DNA of 64,000 bases from Clostridia bacterium. Its GTDB lineage: Bacteria > Bacillota > Clostridia > Christensenellales > QALW01. Location: contig JAZRZN010000080.1 in the NCBI GenBank assembly GCA_045601365.1, forward strand, positions 7,806 through 71,805. The letters run 5' to 3'. Shown piece after piece: positions 1 through 8,418 of this stretch. Within the stretch, counting starts at the first letter, position 1, and every line of letters begins with the position of its first letter. Made by a program: the position numbers and the translations under genes. The notes beneath the pieces were generated by a model that saw only the letters and a program-made list of their open reading frames with translations, did not search any database and had not been told where the DNA came from.

Positions 1-951
1 CGGCGTCGGTGTTGCGGGCGGCGCTGTGACTATCGTTTCGGGATTCGTCACGAAATCAGCAACGGTCAAGCCGTGGCTATTGTCACCGGGCGTCCATGAC
101 GGTGTCATATCATAGCCGAGCGGCGGAAGATATTTTTTAAGCGTTGAACGCAAATCGCTATCGGTCTTGCGCCCCTTTGTAACAGAACAGTATGTGCGGG
201 CATCGATATTTTCATATATCCATTTTGCATGCCCCATCAGCATTCTCAGGCATCCTGCAGATCCGGGGTTGCCCATATTGTAATAATCGTTTTTGGCAAT
301 GAGCTGTCCCGAAGCATTTTTCTTGAATGTGAACGAATGGAACATATATTCATCCGAATAACGTGTTATATAGTATGCATACGATTCCCATTTTTGAAAA
401 TAATAACGCTGATACTTGGTTAGCTGACCTCTGCGTGCTTTCTGTTCGCTGTCGCTGAGGATATAGAAGTTGCCTGTTTTTGTCGGATATGTGCTTGTTC
501 CGCCGGAGCAGACAAAGCGGTTGAGCAATATATCATATCTTCCCGTGGCGGCATCCTTTATAAAAATATTGACGCACTGATTTGTGACATCGACCTCTAT
601 AAAATACGGCATATTGTAACCTGCCGGAGGCTGTGAAAGCGGAGTAGTATAGCCGACCGTAAGAAGTGCCGCAGGTACTATGCTCGCTGTCTGTGCGGGT
701 CTGATCGTCGGCGTGGGAGTCGGCACTGCCGTTACCTTCGGTGCCGCAGATGCCGTAGGCGAATCCGATTGTGCCGTTTCATTTTCAGGTTCGGCGGTAA
801 CAGCGCCTTCGGTAGTATCCGGCGTAAACGAAGCCGTCACCTCAGGTTTTTTCGAAGGTGCAGGGCTTTCCTTCGTCTGCGAATTTTTATCAGCACAGCC
901 GGCTGCAAAAACCGTGATTGTACACAAAATGAGTGCGATGATTTTTTTCAT
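1..951 (-). CDS. Lipoprotein with L,D-transpeptidase (YkuD-like) domain and Pro/Thr-rich linkers; 3' end runs off the window
   Basis: Not in the ORF track (no stop in window). Manual translation from ATG at 951: MKKIIALILCTITVFAAGC (lipobox), PT-rich linker, IEVDVTNQ strand, HS...GNPGSAGCLRM catalytic His/Cys motif. Confidence 0.8.
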   Translation of the reverse strand, partial: MKKIIALILCTITVFAAGCADKNSQTKESPAPSKKPEVTASFTPDTTEGAVTAEPENETAQSDSPTASAAPKVTAVPTPTPTIRPAQTASIVPAALLTVGYTTPLSQPPAGYNMPYFIEVDVTNQCVNIFIKDAATGRYDILLNRFVCSGGTSTYPTKTGNFYILSDSEQKARRGQLTKYQRYYFQKWESYAYYITRYSDEYMFHSFTFKKNASGQLIAKNDYYNMGNPGSAGCLRMLMGHAKWIYENIDARTYCSVTKGRKTDSDLRSTLKKYLPPLGYDMTPSWTPGDNSHGLTVADFVTNPETIVTAPPATPTP

Positions 952-1126
952 TATGATCCCCCAAAATACAGTACCCGGACATAGTCATCACTGATATATA
1001 TTAAACCACTATATGCGATTTATGTCAATAAAAATAATAGACGCAAAATGAAAATTTTTATGCGGGAATATGTTTCATTTTAACGTAAATAAAGATTTTG
1101 CACAAATGAGCAAAGCCCTTGCACAC

Positions 1127-1181
1127 GAATAATTCAAAAAACGTTAAAACGTTGCTTCACAACAGTGTTTTTGAATTATTC
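1127..1181. repeat. 14-bp perfect inverted repeat in the divergent intergenic region
   Basis: GAATAATTCAAAAA (1127-1140) / TTTTTGAATTATTC (1168-1181). Confidence 0.6.
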
Positions 1182-1317
1182 AGCATCATTACATATCGCT
1201 ATTAAATTATTTTTCCATCAAAACCGCATACAAATCAAAAAATGAATTGTCTTTTGTATCTTTTTATGGTAAAATTATTAAAAACAGCAAAATACTATAT
1301 TCAAGGAGATATTTATT

Positions 1318-2511
1318 ATGGACTATGTATTCACTCCGGCGGCAGACAAGCTCAAGCCGTCCGCCATAAGAGAGATCCTGAAGCTATCCACCGATCCGAA
1401 CGTTATCCCGTTCTCGGCAGGCAATCCTTCTCCCGAAGCGTTTCCCTCGGATGCCGTGGCGGAAGTGACAGCCGCAATATTCCGGGAGCATCCGATCAGT
1501 GCGTTGCAGTATTCAATAACCGAAGGCTTTATCAAATTGCGCACCTATCTTAAGGAATACATGAGTAAAAAATATTCCGTCGGAAACGATGCCGACGACA
1601 TTATAATAACATGCGGCGCACAGCAGGTAATGAGTCTTGCCGCGACCGCACTCGCAGGTCCCGGCGACACGATAATATGTGAAAAGCCAAGCTTCGTAGG
1701 CTCGATAAACGCATTAAAGCTTTCGGGTGCAACACTCAAGGGCATCCCGATGGAAAATGACGGAATGGACATCAATGCACTTGAAGAAACGATAAAAACA
1801 AGCAAAAACGTAAAGTTGCTTTACGTTATCCCGAACTTTCAGAATCCAACCGGCATAACCACAAGTCTTGAAAAGCGTAAAGCCATATATGCCATAGCAA
1901 AAAAATACGGTATAATAATCATTGAGGACAATCCTTACGGTGACCTCTACTTCAAGGAAGCACCGCCGGCATCAATAAAGAGCATGGATACCGACGGCAT
2001 CGTTGTTTACGCAGGCTCGGCATCCAAGGTCATTTCGCCCGGGCTTCGCGTCGGCTGGTGCATCGCTCCCAAGGAGCTTATTTCAAAATTCACCGCGCTC
2101 AAGCAGACGCAGGATGTTCACTCCAATATACTTGCTCAGATGATAGTATATGATTTCATGGCAAAATACGATTTTGAGAAGCATCTTGATTCACTCAGAA
2201 CACTTTACACAAAAAAGGCAAGCTTATGTTTTGAAGAAATGAACAGGCATCTTGCTCCCGAAATCGAATTTCAGCTTCCCGGCGGCGGGCTTTTTGCCTG
2301 GTGCAAGCTTCCGGAAAAAATCGGCATGACCGATTTTTGCAGCCGTGCTATAAAGGACTATTCCGTTGCGGTAGTGCCCGGCATCGCATTCAACATTTCC
2401 GAGGATGATACAAGCAGATTTTTCAGGATAAACTATTCTACGCCTACTGATGAACAGATTAAAACAGGTATGGAGAAGCTCGGTCAACTCAAGGCCGACA
2501 TGTTGAAATAA
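1318..2511 (+). CDS. PLP-dependent aminotransferase class I/II (LysN/2-aminoadipate transaminase-like)
   Basis: SAIREILK, GNP, NFQNPTG, EDNPY, SASKVISPGLRVGW (PLP lysine); RBS AAGGAG. Confidence 0.9.
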   Translation: MDYVFTPAADKLKPSAIREILKLSTDPNVIPFSAGNPSPEAFPSDAVAEVTAAIFREHPISALQYSITEGFIKLRTYLKEYMSKKYSVGNDADDIIITCGAQQVMSLAATALAGPGDTIICEKPSFVGSINALKLSGATLKGIPMENDGMDINALEETIKTSKNVKLLYVIPNFQNPTGITTSLEKRKAIYAIAKKYGIIIIEDNPYGDLYFKEAPPASIKSMDTDGIVVYAGSASKVISPGLRVGWCIAPKELISKFTALKQTQDVHSNILAQMIVYDFMAKYDFEKHLDSLRTLYTKKASLCFEEMNRHLAPEIEFQLPGGGLFAWCKLPEKIGMTDFCSRAIKDYSVAVVPGIAFNISEDDTSRFFRINYSTPTDEQIKTGMEKLGQLKADMLK

Positions 2512-3206
2512 TGGTTTTTGTTGTAGAAGATGACAACAGCATCCGTGAGCTTGTTGTATATACACTCAATTTTACGTCCATCCCGGCACAGGGCTTCGGT
2601 ACACCTTCGGAATTCTATGATGCACTTAAAAGCAGTATGCCCGATCTTATAATGCTCGACATAATGCTCCCCGAGGAGGACGGGCTTTCCATTCTGCAAA
2701 AACTCAAAACGAATCCGATGACAGCAGATCTCCCCGTGATCCTCGTTACAGCCAAAGACTCCGAATATGATAAGGTCGTAGGCTTTGAAAAAGGTGCGGA
2801 TGATTATATCCCCAAGCCGTTCGGCATGATGGAAATGGTAGCCCGTGTAAAAGCATTACTCAGACGCAGCGGCAAAGAAAAAGTCGGCTACGATTTCTAC
2901 GATCTCACGGTATCAAAGCAGGAGCATACCGTTAAGGTAAACGGTGAGGACGTCTCGCTTACCTACAAGGAATTCGAATTACTGATACTTCTTATCGAAA
3001 ATTCCGACAAAGTGCTTACGCGTGACAGGATCCTTAACGACGTGTGGGGCTATGAATTTGACGGCGAAAACCGCACAGTAGATGTACATATCCGCACCTT
3101 GCGCCAAAAGCTCGGTGATGCTCAGTGGCATATCGAGACAATTCGCGGTGTCGGATACAAATTTATCAAGACCGCCGAAAAGAGTTCACCGTACACGGTA
3201 CTTTAG
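2511..3206 (+). CDS. OmpR/PhoB-family response regulator
   Basis: VEDD, LDIMLP phospho-acceptor, GADDYIPKPF, winged helix RTVDVHIRTLRQKL, ETIRGVGYK. Confidence 0.93.
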   Translation: MVFVVEDDNSIRELVVYTLNFTSIPAQGFGTPSEFYDALKSSMPDLIMLDIMLPEEDGLSILQKLKTNPMTADLPVILVTAKDSEYDKVVGFEKGADDYIPKPFGMMEMVARVKALLRRSGKEKVGYDFYDLTVSKQEHTVKVNGEDVSLTYKEFELLILLIENSDKVLTRDRILNDVWGYEFDGENRTVDVHIRTLRQKLGDAQWHIETIRGVGYKFIKTAEKSSPYTVL

Positions 3207-3218
3207 CAGAATTTCTTT

Positions 3219-4349
3219 TTGCGTTTATGGGAGCTGACATTTTTGTTTTTTGATACTGACGATTTTCCGACATATATTCTTCACATCATCTGCGTCGCAC
3301 TCGCACTTGTGATAATAGTGGTCTGCGGTGGCTATGCTCTATGGCTGAATATGACAAAAAATGTCGCTGACGGTGATTATCAGACCGATGGCGGAGCGGA
3401 TATAGACTCATCCACGATAACCGAATGTACATCTGCCCCGCAAGGCGATGACGCATTCTCTCAAACGATCACCGTCGAAAATGACAGTACGCTGAACAAA
3501 CGTATACGCAATTGGATGGAAAACGGAGCGGCGGTGAAAGACGAAAATGTCACCAATATCCTGCTTATCGGCATGGATGTCGATACTCCCGATATGAACA
3601 AAAATTCCCGTGCAGACGCTATGGTACTGTTTTCGGTCAATCACGCGTCGAAAACGGTGACGCTCGCATCACTGATGCGTGATCAATACTGTTATCTGCC
3701 ATCGGTAGGCAGATATGAAAAGCTTCACCACGCGAACAGCTACGGCGGGCCGTCATTACAGATACAGATGCTTGAAAAATATTATAAAGTTTGCATCGAC
3801 AATTATGCTGTAGTGAATTTTTATTCTCTCCCGAAGATAATAGATGCTCTCGGTTGCATCACCGTTGATGTAACAAATGCCGAAGCTGATTTTCTCAACA
3901 GCGAATGCGGTTTTGACATCAACCCCGGACCAAACCGCTTTGACGGTAATCAGGCACTTGTCTACATGCGCATCCGTAAGGGTAACACCGGCGGCGATGA
4001 GGGCAGAACATTCAGGCAACAAAAAGTGATAAAGCAAATACTTGCAAGTATTCGTTCGTACAATAAGGCATCGCTTCTTTCACTCGTAAGCAAGCTGATG
4101 CCGTATGTACGTACAGGATATGATTCCGGCGAGCTGTTCACGCTTGCAACAGACGCAGTCGTCAACGGTTGGCTGAAATACGATATAAAGCAAGCGACGC
4201 TCCCCGGTGAAAACGCACGTGGCGATTTGACCTTGAACAAAATTTGGTATTGGAAGGTCGATTATCCTCTTGCCGCAAGAGAACTTCAGCTTTTGCTTTA
4301 CGGAAAAAGCAATATAGAGCTTAAAGACGATCGCAAAAGCTGGATATGA
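3219..4349 (+). CDS. LCP (LytR-CpsA-Psr) family cell-wall glycopolymer ligase; 5' end suspect
   Basis: TM helix, NILLIGMD, SRADAM, SLMRD, YMRIR, DEGRTFRQQ; TTG start without RBS (see findings). Confidence 0.85.
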   Translation: MRLWELTFLFFDTDDFPTYILHIICVALALVIIVVCGGYALWLNMTKNVADGDYQTDGGADIDSSTITECTSAPQGDDAFSQTITVENDSTLNKRIRNWMENGAAVKDENVTNILLIGMDVDTPDMNKNSRADAMVLFSVNHASKTVTLASLMRDQYCYLPSVGRYEKLHHANSYGGPSLQIQMLEKYYKVCIDNYAVVNFYSLPKIIDALGCITVDVTNAEADFLNSECGFDINPGPNRFDGNQALVYMRIRKGNTGGDEGRTFRQQKVIKQILASIRSYNKASLLSLVSKLMPYVRTGYDSGELFTLATDAVVNGWLKYDIKQATLPGENARGDLTLNKIWYWKVDYPLAARELQLLLYGKSNIELKDDRKSWI

Positions 4350-4414
4350 TACGTCGGTGCATCGTTTTTGCTGCAATGCAGTAGCTTGAAATTTTCACTT
4401 TTTTGGAGCAACAC

Positions 4415-5662
4415 ATGAAAAATTACACAATAACAAAAGTCGCATGTTTTCTCACGACCGCCTCAACGGCAATAGCATCAATATTTTCACCGCTGTTATT
4501 TACGATGTTTCACAGAGTATACGGCATATCGTATACTCTGCTCGGTTTTTTGGTAGTGCTTAATTTCGCTTCACAGCTTGCGCTCGATCTGACGTATTCA
4601 TTCTTTTCAAAAAAGCTTGACCTCAAGGTTTCAATGAAGCTCACAGCCGGCGTAATTACCGCGGGCATAATACTGTATGCATTCGCACCGACGCTATTCC
4701 CCGAAAATCCGTATCTCGGGCTTGCGCTCGGCACAGTGATCTTTTCTGCCGGCGGCGGTCTTGCAGAAGTGCTTACAAGCCCGGTAATAGCTTATATTCC
4801 TTCAAAGAACCCCGAGAAAACAATGAGCCGTCTGCATTCCTGTTACGCATGGGGCTTGCTCTTCGTTATCGTTTTTTCATCTGCATATATAGTGCGTTTC
4901 GGCACTGAAAACTGGCAGACGCTCGCGCTTATTCTGGCAATACTTCCGTTCACCGCTTTCGTTTTGATGCTTTTGTCTCCGATTCCCGATATGGATTCAC
5001 AGGAAAGCGTTACCGGCGACGGAGGAGTAATGCGAAACAAAACAGCGATACTTTACATAATCTGTATTTTCTTCGCCGGAGCATCGGAGATCACCATGTG
5101 TCAGTGGGGTTCAAGTTATCTTGAAACAGCTTTCGGCATCGACAAGACAGTTTGCGATCTTCTCGGACTTGGGGCATTCGCGCTGATGCTCGGCACGGGG
5201 CGTACACTGTATGCGCATTTCGGCAAAAAAATCGACAATGCACTGCTTTACGGTGCGCTCGGAACGGCTGTTTGTTATTTTGTTACCGTATTCTCTCCGC
5301 TGCCTGTATTGAGCATCGCCGCGTGTGCGATGACAGGTTTTTTCGTTGCCATGCTTTGGCCCGGAAGCCTTATTGCCGTCACTGACCGTGTGCCGAACGC
5401 AGGTGTAACGCTGTTCGCGTTCATGGCTGTCGGTGGCGACTTGGGTGCAACGGTATATCCCCAAATAGTCGGCTATATTACCGACAGCGTTATAGCAAGT
5501 CCGCTGTTTGAGCCACTTGCCGAATTGTTTGCCGTTACGCCCGAAATACTCGGTATGAAGCTCGGGATGCTTTTTGCTTTTCTTGCACCTGCGGCGGCGA
5601 CTGTGCTTTTCGCTGTAGCAAGAAAGAACCGGGACCGTGATACAGGCACAATAAAAGGATGA
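4415..5662 (+). CDS. MFS transporter (probable sugar permease)
   Basis: About 12 hydrophobic segments; GGGLAEVLTSP, LHSCYAWG, MLGTGR motifs; RBS GGAG before ATG 4415. Confidence 0.85.
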   Translation: MKNYTITKVACFLTTASTAIASIFSPLLFTMFHRVYGISYTLLGFLVVLNFASQLALDLTYSFFSKKLDLKVSMKLTAGVITAGIILYAFAPTLFPENPYLGLALGTVIFSAGGGLAEVLTSPVIAYIPSKNPEKTMSRLHSCYAWGLLFVIVFSSAYIVRFGTENWQTLALILAILPFTAFVLMLLSPIPDMDSQESVTGDGGVMRNKTAILYIICIFFAGASEITMCQWGSSYLETAFGIDKTVCDLLGLGAFALMLGTGRTLYAHFGKKIDNALLYGALGTAVCYFVTVFSPLPVLSIAACAMTGFFVAMLWPGSLIAVTDRVPNAGVTLFAFMAVGGDLGATVYPQIVGYITDSVIASPLFEPLAELFAVTPEILGMKLGMLFAFLAPAAATVLFAVARKNRDRDTGTIKG

Positions 5663-5668
5663 TTTACA

Positions 5669-6218
5669 ATGAACGGTTTTCTTTCCAACTCCGATCTGCA
5701 ATTTCATTTTCATTCCAAGAAAGGCCGGATCAACGATCCTAACGTGCTTTCATACTTCGGTGGGCAGTATCATATTTTTTATCAGCATCTGCCGGATTCC
5801 GACTATCCGAATGACACGCCTATGCATTGGGGGCATGCCGTGACAAAGGATTTTTGCTCTTTTGAAGAATTGAAAACCGCAATAGACCCCGACACCGAAT
5901 ATGACTCCGGCGGTGTCCGATCAGGCACGGCAACTGAAAAAGACGGCGTGCTGTACGCTTTTTACTTTTACATGGAAATATATCGGGGTATTAAGAGAAT
6001 ACGCCGGTCAGATATTTCGTGCGCCGGACGGCAGAAATATTCTGATTTCACGGATCCCCGGATGGAGCTACAGACCGAAGGAAAAATGTATCGGATGTCT
6101 GTCGCTCCCGCTTGAGCTTACAGTCACCGACGGCAAGCTCACCGCGTACCCGACGGAAGAGGTAAGACAGTTCCTTAATGATGAAAACGTTGCGCTCGAT
6201 GCATACATACAGGAATAA
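5669..6218 (+). pseudogene. GH32 beta-fructofuranosidase/sucrose-6-phosphate hydrolase pseudogene with internal deletions and frameshift
   Basis: Frame 1: INDPN, YHIFYQ, MHWGHA, SGTA. Other frame: WKYIGVL then directly YAGQIF..DGRNILIS..CLSLPLEL. RDP and EC catalytic motifs are absent. Confidence 0.8.
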
Positions 6219-6349
6219 TACATAGCCCACGGTGAGGAAGTGCGTATCACGCTTATCCGATAACATGCCAAGCCCCGGTTCTTTTCTTAAAACCGTGAAC
6301 CGCCCGAGTGTTGAGGATGTTGCGTTTACGTAAAGCCTCGATTGACATA

Positions 6350-6625
6350 TTCCGTAGGGTGCGGCGTCCCGACGCACCGTTATACGCACCCAAACCACGG
6401 GCAGGAATCAAAGTGATTATTCCGAAAAACTTCATCGTGTCATTGCGAGCATCCGAAAGGATGCGTGGCAATCCATGCTAAGAAAAATGCAACTTTTGTT
6501 CGCGTCTGGATTGCCACGTCGCTTCGCTCCTCGCAATGACACAAGGGAATACGCGAACGGATAAACAGCATATACCTGCAACAAACATCGCATCGGTGCG
6601 ACAGCGGATGCCGCACCCTACGGAA
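6350..6625. repeat. Composite palindromic (REP/REPIN-like) element, copy A
   Basis: Outer IR TTCCGTAGGGTGCGGC...GCCGCACCCTACGGAA; inner IR GTGTCATTGCGAG..GGCAATCCA / TGGATTGCC..CTCGCAATGACAC (6437-6542); homologous to 18895-19166 in reverse orientation. Confidence 0.85.
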
Positions 6626-6708
6626 CAGTCGAGCCCGTGCGTCGTAAAAATCACCAAGTTTGATGTTTTTTTCAGGGAAATAAGAAAAAAACCAATCCCC
6701 CGCAAATA

Positions 6709-6737
6709 TTGACATCCGATTTTTTTCATGCTATAAT
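6709..6737 (+). promoter_or_regulatory. Sigma-A promoter, perfect consensus with extended -10
   Basis: TTGACA-17 bp-TATAAT, TG at -15/-14. Confidence 0.85.
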
Positions 6738-6775
6738 ACTTGCATACTTTTATAAAAAACAGAGAGGTATTAACA

Positions 6776-8350
6776 ATGGATCAAAAAGAATTTGCCGCAC
6801 AGGCTTTGGAGGAATGCTGTAATCCCGAAACCACTACGCGTTACGGAAGCGAACAGGGATATCCTTTTTGGAATTACAATTCGGATATGTTCATGTATGT
6901 TCCGGCGTTTCATTTTTACACGGCGCGCGGATGCAATAAATATCTTTTCAGGGCTGTTGACGAAAACAATGTCGAACACACATTTTATGCAAATGAAAGC
7001 ACGGCTCTTCTGACACCTATCTGGCGTGAGCTTCCCGTCGGCAAGGTACAGCTTACTGTCACAGGCATCAAGCCGGACGGAACGGAATACGGCGTCGTCG
7101 GCGCTCGTGTATTCTACAAATCTCCGTCATTTCCCGAAAAAACTCCCGATAAAGCCCGTTCTTATAAGGAATCTGCCATAAAGGGCTATCGCTTTGCGAT
7201 GAAGCAGCCATTCATTCAGCATTGGCTTAAAAACGGTACTCCCGATCCCTCATACGATCTTAACTCCTATCCGAGCAAAATGATCTCAGCGCTTGTAAAC
7301 GCCATGATCACTTATTCCGGGCTGTTCCCCGAAGAATCCGAGCAGGCAATGAAGGTAGCGCGAAGTGCCGCGGATTACCTGATATCCATAACAAAGCGCG
7401 GCGATGCACCTCTGCACGATCTGCCCCCGACATACCATGTGGACTTCTGTCCCGATCCCGAAAAATACGGTGTCAGCTCACCCAACTGGAATCTGGCGAA
7501 CAGTCGTCTCGGAACGATGATGATGTTTTACCCCGCCTCCGCCGGCTCGATGTATGTCGCTCTTGAGCAGGCTACGGGAGAAAAAAAGTACCTTGACGAA
7601 GCGTGCAAAATAGCGGCTTATTACCGTGATACTCAGCTTGAAAACGGAAGCTGGTATCTTGTCCGTTCCGAAATCACCGGTGAAGTCGTTTGCTCTAATT
7701 TCGTAGCTCCCATCGGTGAGATCGTTCCTTTTATGATGAAGCTTTACAAACGCACAGGCGAAAAATGCTGGAAGGATGTTGCCGAAAAAGCTCTTGTCTA
7801 TGTTGAAAAAACTCAGCTTGCGACATACAACTGGGAAGGACAGTTCGAAGACACCGCTCCCGCCTGCAATTACAGCAATCTGACGCATTTTGCGGCTGTT
7901 TATCTTGCAAAATATTATGCCGAATATAAATCCGATGATCCCGAAAAACTGCGCATAGCACAGGAGCTTATGCGTTATGTCGAAGATCAGTTCGTCATTT
8001 GGGACCGTCCGTGTCCGCTGAGCCGCTTCATTCCCGAACAAAATACAACGTATGATACATCGCTTTGGATCACGCCTGCCGGACTTGAGCAATACGCATG
8101 GTATGTTCCTATAGATTCATCGACATCGCATATAGCATCCGGGTTTTTGGCACTGTACCGTGCAGGATGCGGAGACATCAATCTTGCAAAAGCAAAAGCA
8201 CTGATGAATTCCGTCACAGTGGCACAGCACGAAGACGGTAAGATCCCCACACATTGGATGCGTACCGAGGAGAGCGAACGCAATTTCTGGTTCAACTGTA
8301 TGTTCTTCTCCTGCCGTGTACTTGCTGAAATATCGGAATACGACGACTGA
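6776..8350 (+). CDS. Uncharacterised cytoplasmic protein, probable (alpha/alpha)-barrel carbohydrate-active enzyme
   Basis: Long clean ORF with RBS AGAGAGG; repeated amphipathic helices with xADYL, Q.ENGSW and Q.EDGKIP turns typical of alpha/alpha toroids; WEGQFED and EDQFV acidic motifs. Confidence 0.6.
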   Translation: MDQKEFAAQALEECCNPETTTRYGSEQGYPFWNYNSDMFMYVPAFHFYTARGCNKYLFRAVDENNVEHTFYANESTALLTPIWRELPVGKVQLTVTGIKPDGTEYGVVGARVFYKSPSFPEKTPDKARSYKESAIKGYRFAMKQPFIQHWLKNGTPDPSYDLNSYPSKMISALVNAMITYSGLFPEESEQAMKVARSAADYLISITKRGDAPLHDLPPTYHVDFCPDPEKYGVSSPNWNLANSRLGTMMMFYPASAGSMYVALEQATGEKKYLDEACKIAAYYRDTQLENGSWYLVRSEITGEVVCSNFVAPIGEIVPFMMKLYKRTGEKCWKDVAEKALVYVEKTQLATYNWEGQFEDTAPACNYSNLTHFAAVYLAKYYAEYKSDDPEKLRIAQELMRYVEDQFVIWDRPCPLSRFIPEQNTTYDTSLWITPAGLEQYAWYVPIDSSTSHIASGFLALYRAGCGDINLAKAKALMNSVTVAQHEDGKIPTHWMRTEESERNFWFNCMFFSCRVLAEISEYDD

Positions 8351-8358
8351 CGGAATAT

Positions 8359-8400
8359 AAAAAACGCCTGTCTTGTTGATTTGCAAGACAGGTATTTTTT
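8359..8400. terminator. Bidirectional intrinsic terminator
   Basis: CCTGTCTTG/CAAGACAGG stem flanked by A and T runs between convergent genes. Confidence 0.75.
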
Positions 8401-8418
8401 ATGCTGTTTTTCAGCGGT

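Noticed and set aside
6048-6729. Short minus-strand ORFs here and at 18779-18994, 39993-40193 and 40201-40467
   Set aside because: They are translations of palindromic repeats or tRNAs, with no RBS or protein motifs
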